A stretch of DNA of 32,027 nucleotides from a virus (taxonomy: Duplodnaviria; Caudoviricetes): positions 1-32,027 of the IMG/VR virus record IMGVR_UViG_3300009684_000013; one strand, 5' to 3'. A program made the position numbers and the translations under genes. Below the pieces are notes generated by a model. That model was given only the letters and a program-made list of their open reading frames with translations, searched no databases and had not been told where the DNA came from. Shown in pieces: positions 24,517 through 32,027 of the stretch (the first letter of the stretch is position 1; the number at the start of each line of letters is the position of its first letter).

Positions 24517-25150
24517 TTTGTTTAGTTGTTGTTTTTGTAAAGTTATTGTTATTTATCCAAACTGATAACATTTTCTGTTTCCAATTTTTTACCCTGTTGC
24601 CTTTAGCATCATACCAATCAGCAACCTCATAATATTCGTATGCTTGTTTTGCCTTTTCTTCTGTACTTTCTTTACTAATAAAAAAATCAATTACTTCCTG
24701 TTGTGTGGGTTTGCTTTGTATTCTATTAGTCTTTTGTATAATATTAGTCTTTAGTAATACATTAGTCTTTAGTATAGGACTACTTTCACCGATATCGGTA
24801 AATTCCGAAGTCGGTGTTTGCCCATCTCGGTGTTTTTCGGATTCGGCAGGGATATCATATACAACGTGATTCCATCCCATAAACTTACCTGTATTTTTAT
24901 CGTGAACTCTAACAGATATAATATATCCTTTTGTTTGTAGTGCCTTAAATGTTTTATCTATCGTTCCTTCTTTATCTGGAAGTGAGTTATATAAATTTTG
25001 TTTATAAATAACCCAATCAGCAGGAAGGCTTAAGAGATAACTTAATAAACCTTTTTCAGATAATGTTAATTCTTTTGATTTAATTACATCATTTGGAAGA
25101 GTAGTAAACCTTTCAGTTGTTCTTGATTTTATTATCTGTCCTGTATTCAT
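24401..25150 (-). CDS. Replication initiator/replisome organizer
   Basis: N-terminal FTTLPNDVI...LTLSEKGLLSYLLSLPADW...LQTKGYI wHTH, a low-complexity linker with repeats, and C-terminal PTQQEVIDFF...YEYY...VKNWK. Confidence 0.8.
   Translation of the reverse strand: MNTGQIIKSRTTERFTTLPNDVIKSKELTLSEKGLLSYLLSLPADWVIYKQNLYNSLPDKEGTIDKTFKALQTKGYIISVRVHDKNTGKFMGWNHVVYDIPAESEKHRDGQTPTSEFTDIGESSPILKTNVLLKTNIIQKTNRIQSKPTQQEVIDFFISKESTEEKAKQAYEYYEVADWYDAKGNRVKNWKQKMLSVWINNNNFTKTTTKQNGKSTSDYYKEHYDRNLKWANEWDAAEGKQPFFTGEEN
24725..24847. repeat. Putative replication origin: three ATTAGTCTTT units at 18-bp period plus a TCGG/CCGA cluster
   Basis: Units start at 24725, 24743 and 24761; palindrome ACCGATATCGGT at 24788-24799; TCGG at 24795, 24811, 24827, 24837 and 24843. 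Confidence 0.65.
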
Positions 25151-25155
25151 AATAT

Positions 25156-25240
25156 AAAAATCCTAACAGGGATTGGTTGTTCAGCACCGCACCCCATTAG
25201 GATAGCAAGATTTTAATAATATGAAGTCTGAACCCTTCAT
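25156..25240 (-). ncRNA. Predicted structured 5' leader with two hairpins and complementary loops
   Basis: AUGAAG-GGUUCAGA-CUUCAU, then AUCCUAAUGGGG...GGU-GCUGAACA-ACC...CCCUGUUAGGAU-UUUU; loops GUUCAG and CUGAAC are complementary. Confidence 0.55.
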
Positions 25241-25245
25241 TTCTA

Positions 25246-25253
25246 CAAAGATA
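25246..25253 (-). promoter_or_regulatory. Bacteroidota -7 promoter element (TATCTTTG) for the initiator
   Basis: Matches TAnnTTTG, 5 nt upstream of hairpin 1. Confidence 0.6.
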
Positions 25254-25643
25254 CTAATTTTTAAGAAATACTAACCTTTCTTTTATTTCATTTATTGTTT
25301 GTAAATAATCATCATCCGTTTCCATTATATCTTTTGCAGCCTTAAATGAATGAATAACAGATGTATGGTGAGTATTACCAACACTTACCGCTATATCCTG
25401 CCATATTAAGTTAGTATGTGTTTTTAGAAGATATACTGCTGCGTGTCTTGCATACATTACCTTTTTCTTTCTGGTAATTTTTGTAATATCAACCATAAAC
25501 TTATTGTTAACTTCTTGAACAATCATTTCAGATGGAAATCTTTCTTCATTTAATTGTTTTGGTTGTTCTTTTAGCATTTTTTCAAGCCTGTAAATCATAT
25601 TATGATGGCTCTTTATTAACCCTTTAATTTCTTGCGTTCTCAT
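25254..25643 (-). CDS. DnaA domain IV (Bac_DnaA_C)-like HTH protein
   Basis: TRKKKVMYARHAAVYLLKTHTNLIWQDIAVSVGNTHHTSVIHS resembles DnaA R..R.iamYL...IG..f..rDHtTVih. Confidence 0.75.
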   Translation of the reverse strand: MRTQEIKGLIKSHHNMIYRLEKMLKEQPKQLNEERFPSEMIVQEVNNKFMVDITKITRKKKVMYARHAAVYLLKTHTNLIWQDIAVSVGNTHHTSVIHSFKAAKDIMETDDDYLQTINEIKERLVFLKN

Positions 25644-25652
25644 TTGTTTGGT

Positions 25653-25898
25653 TTAGAATGGTAAATCATTAGTTAATCTGTGGTCTGTCATAGGCTTAAT
25701 TTCAGCCTCTTTATGTTGTTCTGTCTTATCATACACAGAATAGATAATACCTCCGTATTTCGCCTCTTTAGTGCCTTTAAATGCAACATACTTCTTGTAT
25801 GTGCCATTTTCTCCAATGGCAATCTCCAGATACGTTTTCCCTGACTTTGATTCTTTTTCTGTAATAAAAATTCCTTTAGCAAATTCTTTTTTTTCCAT
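25653..25898 (-). CDS. SSB-like protein
   Basis: 81-aa beta-rich protein with SKSGKTYL and a C-terminal DLPF tail. Confidence 0.55.
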   Translation of the reverse strand: MEKKEFAKGIFITEKESKSGKTYLEIAIGENGTYKKYVAFKGTKEAKYGGIIYSVYDKTEQHKEAEIKPMTDHRLTNDLPF

Positions 25899-25903
25899 TT
25901 TGT

Positions 25904-26101
25904 TTAATTTATTAAGTCATTAATGTTAACTGATTCCTGTATCTCGTTTAAATACTTTGCTTCTTTAACAGGTTCTTTATCCCAAGCCTCAAGCAAATTC
26001 ATAATAATATTAAATCTATCTTTATCATACCACATATTATGGTACAACTTTGCAATGATAAGTCCTCTCTCTGTAGGTATAACTTTTTTGAAATCTCTCA
26101 T
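25904..26101 (-). CDS. Hypothetical protein
   Basis: 65-aa ORF in a translationally coupled chain. Confidence 0.55.
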   Translation of the reverse strand: MRDFKKVIPTERGLIIAKLYHNMWYDKDRFNIIMNLLEAWDKEPVKEAKYLNEIQESVNINDLIN

Positions 26102-26466
26102 AGTAAACTCATTTTAGCTTTTTCAAATGAAATAATTGTGCGTATGCTATCTATTTGATGAACTGCCGAACTGCAACATCTTTCAAAACCTAATTTAAGT
26201 TTATTCCAATCCTTTGCCTTTGCCTTAATCATCATATTGAAGGTGGATGCTGAATACTTGTCCAGAAGTTCAAGGTTAACTTTACATTCAATATCCACAA
26301 CTTCATCAATCCTATATGCAGCCTCTGTCATATATTCCCCTGCTCTTGCAAGTAATATTCCTAAATGTTCCATTCTGGTAATTAAAGCATCATATTCTTT
26401 ATCCAATGGTTGTTCAAGGAATTTAAGCATTGCCTCATATTTAGTTTGGTAATCCTTTAATTCCAT
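26098..26466 (-). CDS. Hypothetical helical protein (possible recombination mediator)
   Basis: 122-aa coiled-coil protein coupled to the SSAP gene, ending IDSIRTIISFEKAKM. Confidence 0.5.
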   Translation of the reverse strand: MELKDYQTKYEAMLKFLEQPLDKEYDALITRMEHLGILLARAGEYMTEAAYRIDEVVDIECKVNLELLDKYSASTFNMMIKAKAKDWNKLKLGFERCCSSAVHQIDSIRTIISFEKAKMSLL

Positions 26467-27056
26467 TATTTAAGATTTTTTAAAGTTTTTTTAATATCTG
26501 TTGCTGAATAATTCAAACCCATAGCAATTCTATCTTTATCTTGTATCTGATTAGCCTGTAAAGTGGTATAAGCCTTTTCATAATCCGTTTCAAATTTTAA
26601 GTTGTCAATTTTGATTGCAAGTTGTTCCTTCTGTCTTTCCTCATAGGTAGTGTTTTCTAATAAGGTCAAAAGATACATTCTTTTATCATCTCCAACCTCA
26701 TCAACTTCTGACCTTACTATTGCTTTTTTAACTTCATCAGCACTTGCTATGCCACCATCAATTCCTATCCCTGCCATTGCACAGGCTCTACCAACTGCAC
26801 TCGTTTCTGCGTTTTCTAATGCAGAAGTAAAATTGACTTCTTTGTAATTAGCTGATTCAATCTCTTGTGCCAATCCTGTGTAAGTGTAAGAATCTTCTCC
26901 TTTCTCAATTCTCAAAATGGCTTTAACTACCCACATCTTTCGTTCTGGGAAATACTCATAACTGCTTTGGATTGAGTAATTGAAATTGTCTGATAAAAAC
27001 TTTAATCTTTCTGAAACAGGGATGTATTGCTTTCCCTTAATTGATACTGCCTTCAT
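26466..27056 (-). CDS. Single-strand annealing protein (Rad52/Sak-like)
   Basis: IKGKQYIPVSERL...SALENAETSAVGRACAMAGIG...IASADEV. Confidence 0.7.
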   Translation of the reverse strand: MKAVSIKGKQYIPVSERLKFLSDNFNYSIQSSYEYFPERKMWVVKAILRIEKGEDSYTYTGLAQEIESANYKEVNFTSALENAETSAVGRACAMAGIGIDGGIASADEVKKAIVRSEVDEVGDDKRMYLLTLLENTTYEERQKEQLAIKIDNLKFETDYEKAYTTLQANQIQDKDRIAMGLNYSATDIKKTLKNLK

Positions 27057-27309
27057 AATTGTTGGTTTTATTGTTTAGTAAAGTAATTGCTAAAAGTTCT
27101 TTTGCAGAATCAGACATAATACGCAGGTATTGATTAGGAAGTAGAATACCTCTGTCTGTGTTTACAACATAGCCAAGAGGATGTTTTACAACATCGGCAA
27201 TATCATTGTACTTAATTAATTGGATTAGTTCTCTTTCTGTAAAATACTCGCAGTAATAGTCGCCTATGATAACCTCATAGACATTGGCTTTAATGTTTTT
27301 AATTGTCAT
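27037..27309 (-). CDS. Hypothetical protein, first gene of the early operon
   Basis: 90-aa ORF downstream of the promoter at 27330. Confidence 0.6.
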   Translation of the reverse strand: MTIKNIKANVYEVIIGDYYCEYFTERELIQLIKYNDIADVVKHPLGYVVNTDRGILLPNQYLRIMSDSAKELLAITLLNNKTNNYEGSIN

Positions 27310-27316
27310 TTTATTA

Positions 27317-27342
27317 GGTTTTGTTTAAGCAAAGATAAACCT
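27317..27342 (-). promoter_or_regulatory. Early promoter (TATCTTTG at 27330-27337), a diverged relative of the 66-bp repeats
   Basis: AGGTTTATCTTTG...ACAAAACC is shared with 12682-12747. Confidence 0.7.
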
Positions 27343-27400
27343 AATAGTTTAAAAACTAATAAAAACTTTATTTTTTTGTTTGAGAAATATTTTGTATAAT

Positions 27401-27429
27401 AAAAATCCCCACCAAGAATGGCAGGGATT
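27401..27429 (-). terminator. Rho-independent terminator ending the late operon
   Basis: Minus strand reads ATCCCTGCCA-TTCT-TGGTGGGGAT-TTTT. Confidence 0.75.
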
Positions 27430-27442
27430 CAAAACCTAACAA

Positions 27443-27937
27443 CTAAAATGATGACAATAATCTCTTTATTCCAAACTTAAAAGCAAAGTAAAGTATAATT
27501 CCTGATAATAGCAGATAAAACCTACGTTTAAACTTTTTGACATTTTCTAACTTTATGTTTAGATTGTCAATTTCTTTAATATGCTTTTTAGATTCAGCGT
27601 TTAGTAGTTGAATCTGCTTATCGCAATCATCATTTAGTTTATTTATTTGTTTTTGATGGTCTTGTTTTACCAGATACGTTTTAGCAGTGTTTTCAGACGT
27701 TATTTTGACCTCTTTTGTTTTAGTGATAATCTTATTAGGTGGACAGATTACAGGCAAAGAACTATCCTTAAAATGAATTACAATAGTATCCCCTTGCGTA
27801 AGTATAGTATCAATTACTAAAACTTCTTTTATCTCCTCTTTTATAGGAAATCTTTCTGAGCAAACCTTCGCAAGTTTATTTTGCGAAAGACATCCAGATA
27901 AACTACTCGCTAACAATATCAGTATTAGCTTGTTCAT
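27443..27937 (-). CDS. Unimolecular-spanin-like lipoprotein (start revised to ATG 27937)
   Basis: MNKLILILLASSLSG-C lipobox, a coiled coil, and a C-terminal TM RRFYLLLSGIILYFAFKFG. Confidence 0.65.
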   Translation of the reverse strand: MNKLILILLASSLSGCLSQNKLAKVCSERFPIKEEIKEVLVIDTILTQGDTIVIHFKDSSLPVICPPNKIITKTKEVKITSENTAKTYLVKQDHQKQINKLNDDCDKQIQLLNAESKKHIKEIDNLNIKLENVKKFKRRFYLLLSGIILYFAFKFGIKRLLSSF

Positions 27938-28046
27938 CTTGTAGTGCTTTTCCGATTTGTTGGTTAATCTCTTGTAGTTGCTTTTGTAGATACTCAATCT
28001 GTGCCAAAGTATCGTATGCTTTAGCTTTTAATTCTGTAATATTCAT
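27903..28046 (-). CDS. 47-aa coiled-coil protein (not in ORF track)
   Basis: MNITELKAKAYDTLAQIEYLQKQLQEINQQIGKALQDEQANTDIVSE. Confidence 0.6.
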   Translation of the reverse strand: MNITELKAKAYDTLAQIEYLQKQLQEINQQIGKALQDEQANTDIVSE

Positions 28047-28061
28047 AATGTTTAATTTTTA

Positions 28062-28069
28062 CAAATATA
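28062..28069 (-). promoter_or_regulatory. Bacteroidota -7 promoter element (TATATTTG)
   Basis: Intergenic TAnnTTTG match 15 nt upstream of ATG 28046. Confidence 0.5.
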
Positions 28070-28336
28070 CTAAATTATGGTTAATCCAAGTTTATCAGCA
28101 CTCCAATTATATATCCAAGTGTTGATTGCCATTGCAGGTTGATTTCCCCAATCAATGTAGTCCTGACCATTTATTATTAATCCACCTTCTGATATTTTAT
28201 TATTATCTAAATCAAATATTTGCCAATTATTTGCAGCAGAATCTTGATAATTATCATCAATGCAACGAATAGAAAAATTAACTCCTATTTTAGTTTCTCC
28301 ATTAATCCAAATGTTTATCGGTTGTATTTGTTTCAT
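28070..28336 (-). CDS. Tail-fibre-associated small protein
   Basis: MKQIQPINIW...GQDYIDW...WSADKLGLTII; directly follows the fibre gene. Confidence 0.6.
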   Translation of the reverse strand: MKQIQPINIWINGETKIGVNFSIRCIDDNYQDSAANNWQIFDLDNNKISEGGLIINGQDYIDWGNQPAMAINTWIYNWSADKLGLTII

Positions 28337-28346
28337 ATTTTATATT

Positions 28347-30728
28347 TTATAAACTTGTAATTGTTTGCCAAGCAGTAGTATAAACACAAAGTTTATTTAA
28401 TGTTGTGTCATATATAACAAGACCAGCAACAGGTGAAGCAATCGCATTTTTTTCTGTTGTTGTCATTCTTGGCGGTAAGAATCCTTGTGTTGTTGAATTT
28501 ACAGCTAATCTTGCTGATGCAATATCAGTAAATGTTCCACCATTTTGAAATTGTACATTACCTGTTGTGCTAAAAAATCTTCCCCATTCTGTTGCTTCAT
28601 TTGTGCTTGTAAATCTTATAGTTGGTGCAGATATAAATAAATTACGACTTGCAAGTGCATATAAAACCATATCATTAGCAGCAGATAAACCACGACCATA
28701 AGAACCAAATATACCTCCTGCATCAAGTGTATATTTTACTTTAACAAATTGAAAAAAATTATTATCACTTCCACCAACATTAATATTACTTGAAAAAGTA
28801 GTTGCTGGTGCTATTGTTAATGCACTTGCACTAATTGTTAATGATGCACTAGTACTAGCAAATCTACTACTTATTCTTGCTGTACCTCCTGATGCTTCAA
28901 ATATTAAACCTTTAGGTGGTAAAATTGTAGCTGGAAAATAATCACCAGAAACAATAAAATAACTATTATTTACTCTTAATCCGATATTAGAAACATTTGT
29001 AAAAGCACCATTTGTAAATGTAGGATTAATATCTAATGCTACTAAAGAATCACTATTTGCAGAAGCAACAAGTGTATGAGTTAAATTTAACCCTCTTGCT
29101 ATTGCTGATGTTGCAGTGTTACTACCTGTAAATGTCAAATTAAATCCACCACTTGTTAATGTTCTATCGCCTGTTAATGTTCCGTCTCCGGTGTATATTG
29201 TATTTCCACCACCTGCTGCTGCCCATGTTCCATCTGCTCTTAAAAAGTTTGTAGTACCTCCACCACTTGCAGGAGCAAGACCTTTTAAGGATGATGTAAA
29301 TGTATTAAGCAAAGTAGTTGCCTGTGTTCCTGTTAATGTTTCAACATCACCTGTTGCAGCCGTTACTCTTCCGTGAAAAGTTCCTGTTGCTATCTGAGCC
29401 AACATTGCATTTGTAACTTTATTTGCACCTATTGCAGTTGTTATTGCAGTAGTTCCTGTTCCGCTTATATCTCCACTTAAAGTGATTGATTGATTACCTG
29501 TTATATATGTGGTATTATCATAAGTGATAGAAGTTCCACTTGCCTTAACAAAGCCTGTTCCATTTAATTGTGCTTGTGCTGCTCCCCAACTAACCGCAGT
29601 TCCATTAGTAGTTAAAAATTTTCCACTATTTCCTGTTTGTGAAGGTATAGGAGTTGGTACTGCAATGGTCAATGTTTTACCTGTTGCGGATGTAGTTGCT
29701 AATCCTGTTCCAACAACATTTAAAGTATCTGTTGCAGTTGTAGAACTTGCCGTGCCTGTTGTACCATTAATAAATCCAAATGAATTAGATGGTGTTGTTC
29801 CTCCTCCTATTGGGTTATTAATACCTCCATTCAGTTGTATAGTATCAAGCCTATAAGTAACCGCAGCATTAGTTGTTTGAATCCTAATTAAAGTAAATGC
29901 GTTATTTGTAAACTTTAAATTAGTATTGTTAAATGGTATTGTAATTAATTGCCATTGACCTGCTAAATTTCTATTAAACCCTACATTATTATTTGCAGTA
30001 ATTTGAAATAAATTAGAAACAGTTGAAGTTCCATTATAAAATTTAATAGCAAGTATTGTATTAGATGTCCAAGCAGTATTTAACCTAATAGCAAAAGATA
30101 TACTCTTGTAGTTAGAAATATCCATTGCAACTGCCTTACTAAAATCAAAATAAGCATATCCTGCAATCATTGTAACAAGAAGTGATTTACTTCCTGTATA
30201 AGCAAAAGCAGTATTATTGTAATCAAATGAACCTGTAACAGATTGTGCCTTAGTCCAAGTTTCTACATTTTCATCATATATTAAATCTCTTGAAACATTG
30301 TTTGGTGTTGTTGCCCCTGCGTTAATAGTTACATTTGTTAAACCTAATGTTGTTGCAGTATCTCCCTCAGGCTCAATAGGATTTGAAGCAGGTGTTCCTT
30401 GAATGACCTCAACTTGACTGCTTGTATTAACTGCAAATACATCAATTCTTGGGTTAGTAGGGTCTGCTGCTGCAAGTGTTTTTGTACTAAATGGACTTGA
30501 ATACCTTATTCCGTTTAAAATATAAGTACAAGCAGATATATTAAATATTAATCCTGTGCCTGTCCAAGTAACAATACCTCCACTTATAACACCATCCCCT
30601 GTAATACCAGAAATAGAATTAAAAGTTGTAGTTTTTAATTGCCCTGTGATAGCATCTCCAATAGGTATTAAATCTGTTTCTTGTGGATTCAGATTTGTAG
30701 CTAACTGATTAATCTTTTTTGAATACAT
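28347..30728 (-). CDS. Tail fibre/receptor-binding protein (start revised to ATG 30728)
   Basis: Thr/Gly-rich fibre repeats, a carbohydrate-binding-like jelly-roll segment and C-terminal STTQGFLPPRMTTTEKNAIASPVAGLVIYDTT; TAATG overlap with the upstream stop. Confidence 0.8.
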   Translation of the reverse strand: MYSKKINQLATNLNPQETDLIPIGDAITGQLKTTTFNSISGITGDGVISGGIVTWTGTGLIFNISACTYILNGIRYSSPFSTKTLAAADPTNPRIDVFAVNTSSQVEVIQGTPASNPIEPEGDTATTLGLTNVTINAGATTPNNVSRDLIYDENVETWTKAQSVTGSFDYNNTAFAYTGSKSLLVTMIAGYAYFDFSKAVAMDISNYKSISFAIRLNTAWTSNTILAIKFYNGTSTVSNLFQITANNNVGFNRNLAGQWQLITIPFNNTNLKFTNNAFTLIRIQTTNAAVTYRLDTIQLNGGINNPIGGGTTPSNSFGFINGTTGTASSTTATDTLNVVGTGLATTSATGKTLTIAVPTPIPSQTGNSGKFLTTNGTAVSWGAAQAQLNGTGFVKASGTSITYDNTTYITGNQSITLSGDISGTGTTAITTAIGANKVTNAMLAQIATGTFHGRVTAATGDVETLTGTQATTLLNTFTSSLKGLAPASGGGTTNFLRADGTWAAAGGGNTIYTGDGTLTGDRTLTSGGFNLTFTGSNTATSAIARGLNLTHTLVASANSDSLVALDINPTFTNGAFTNVSNIGLRVNNSYFIVSGDYFPATILPPKGLIFEASGGTARISSRFASTSASLTISASALTIAPATTFSSNINVGGSDNNFFQFVKVKYTLDAGGIFGSYGRGLSAANDMVLYALASRNLFISAPTIRFTSTNEATEWGRFFSTTGNVQFQNGGTFTDIASARLAVNSTTQGFLPPRMTTTEKNAIASPVAGLVIYDTTLNKLCVYTTAWQTITSL

Positions 30729-31150
30729 TATGTAGGTATTTGACAACGATTATTAATAGATGGTAACACTAAACTTATTGATGCTTTAACACCTGCTAAA
30801 ACATCTGGCTCACTCTCAGTAAATAAAACCATTGGAATACTATCTCCAACAATCCATTCATTTGCATTATTTCTGATTAAGGCAATAATATCCTGTGCAG
30901 TTAATATCTGGTCAGACATCACTTCCAATTCCTCTGTATTTTCAATCTGCCTATCCATAAAATATAAACCAAAAGTATATTGAATCTGTTTAGCAGATAT
31001 ACTTACATCTTCTATATTAAAAAACATAGCAGGATAATTAACCTCTCCTTGTGAAAGATGGTCATAAATATCCCCATACAACACAAAATTAATTTGTGGA
31101 TGTTGGCTTCCGTAATCCGTTACTTTTTTTACTATTTGGTTTAATGTCAT
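30728..31150 (-). CDS. Tail terminator/head-tail connector-like protein
   Basis: 140-aa acidic protein with YPAMFF and FTESEPDVLAGV; called from position after the adaptor. Confidence 0.55.
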   Translation of the reverse strand: MTLNQIVKKVTDYGSQHPQINFVLYGDIYDHLSQGEVNYPAMFFNIEDVSISAKQIQYTFGLYFMDRQIENTEELEVMSDQILTAQDIIALIRNNANEWIVGDSIPMVLFTESEPDVLAGVKASISLVLPSINNRCQIPT

Positions 31151-31210
31151 TTTTTTTTCTTAAATAAACCTTTAATTTTTTTTGGTTTTTGATGTTAGCC
31201 TCTTTACTCA

Positions 31211-31792
31211 TTAACAACAATTTGGATTATTGCCTTGATATTTTTCTTCGTATGTTTTAAAATCTCCACAACACCCTGCATCTCCTAACCAAATAGAAGC
31301 ATTATAAGCATCTCTTTCTGGCTTTATTGCGTCTATTCCAATTCCATAATTAGAATATAAAGGATAATCAACAATGTTCTGCCTTAAATATTTAATCAAT
31401 CTTTGTTTGTAAAACTCTGCCCTTGCTTTATAACGATTTGCCACATCAATCATATCTTGCATAGATGGATATTCACTATTATCTCCTGCTTTCCTTAACA
31501 ATCCTTTGTTATAAAACTGATAGCTAATCCCTTGTGGCAATTCAGATAAAACAAAATTAATCAATGTATCTACAACATAATTGTTAAGTAATGTTGTTTC
31601 TAATCCTGTTAAATTGTTGTTTGTGATTCCATCTTGCAATCTATTATATAAAGCAGAGCCAAGTGCAGGTAAAATATAAATATCTTGTGCAGCTTTAATC
31701 TCTGGGAATACTAATTTCTCATCAAGATTATTATGTAATCCACTTCTATCTTTGATAGTATCAACTGATATGAATAGTACGTTTAAACTCAT
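31211..31792 (-). CDS. Head-tail adaptor-like protein
   Basis: 193-aa helical protein immediately after the portal (AQDIYILPALGSALY). Confidence 0.6.
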   Translation of the reverse strand: MSLNVLFISVDTIKDRSGLHNNLDEKLVFPEIKAAQDIYILPALGSALYNRLQDGITNNNLTGLETTLLNNYVVDTLINFVLSELPQGISYQFYNKGLLRKAGDNSEYPSMQDMIDVANRYKARAEFYKQRLIKYLRQNIVDYPLYSNYGIGIDAIKPERDAYNASIWLGDAGCCGDFKTYEEKYQGNNPNCC

Positions 31793-31793
31793 T

Positions 31794-32027
31794 TTATTTG
31801 CGTGTTACAATGTTAGACTTCCATTCGTGCCTACAAGATTCTAAATGAATATTTGTATTTGGCTTTGTGTACCAACCACCTTTTCTATCCCAAACAGAAT
31901 ATCCAAGCCTTGCACTTAATTGTTCAATCTCTGACCTGCTATAAAGTTTATTAGCATTCATCATTTCTACACAAAAAGGTCTTGAATTAGGTTTATCCTT
32001 ATCACTAAATCCTGTTTTCCACTCATA
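31794..32027 (-). CDS. Portal protein, 3' end (continuation of 1-1647 across the junction)
   Basis: In frame with 1-1647; reads SRPFCVEMM...GYSVWDRKGGWYTKPNTNIHLESCRHEWKSNIVTRK, with the stop at 31794-31796. Confidence 0.85.
   Translation of the reverse strand, partial: YEWKTGFSDKDKPNSRPFCVEMMNANKLYSRSEIEQLSARLGYSVWDRKGGWYTKPNTNIHLESCRHEWKSNIVTRK
31905..32027. repeat. Terminal direct repeat, copy 2 (123 bp)
   Basis: Identical to 1-123. Confidence 0.95.

Noticed and set aside
24725-24775. Short regular repeats as a mini-CRISPR array
   Set aside because: The 18-bp period with 8-nt gaps inside a CDS is far too short, and there are no cas genes.
25156-25240. tRNA in the GC-richer intergenic segment
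   Set aside because: No cloverleaf, T-loop consensus in the right context or acceptor stem; it fits a two-hairpin leader better.
28347-30728. Diversity-generating retroelement or invertible fibre cassette
   Set aside because: I saw no reverse transcriptase or invertase gene and no second copy of the fibre 3' end.
1-32027. Alternative genetic code (stop-codon recoding)
   Set aside because: The standard code gives dense, full-length, translationally coupled ORFs across the genome.

Overview
The window looks like a complete, circularly assembled ~31.9-kb tailed dsDNA phage genome. Bases 1-123 are identical to 31905-32027, and the portal ORF reads through that junction. It is AT-rich, and every credible gene is on the minus strand. 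Several TAnnTTTG (-7) promoters, A-rich leaders without Shine-Dalgarno motifs and a u-spanin-like lipoprotein point to a Bacteroidota host. Modules in transcription order: recombination/replication (SSAP, SSB-like, DnaA-domain-IV-like, initiator with internal iterons, helicase-loader-like); nucleases and a phage sigma factor; a glycosyltransferase; lysis; a MTase-ParB-glycosyltransferase-TET/JBP dioxygenase cassette directly upstream of TerS/TerL; a repeat-bounded RadC/JAB cassette and small early genes; then tail chaperone, tail, head, portal, connector and fibre genes. I recognised no integrase, DNA polymerase, helicase, tRNA, CRISPR array or C5-cytosine methyltransferase. The main leads are: (1) a TET/JBP + glycosyltransferase DNA-hypermodification cassette with no cognate C5-MTase, possibly base-J-like; (2) a predicted kissing-loop RNA leader before the initiator; (3) a five-copy bipartite late promoter matched by a phage sigma factor; (4) a portal fused to winged-helix and MuF-like domains; (5) a -1 frameshift with long dual coding; (6) two 30-bp 11-8-11 recombination-like sites. 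All protein calls come from motif recognition by eye, not from database searches.
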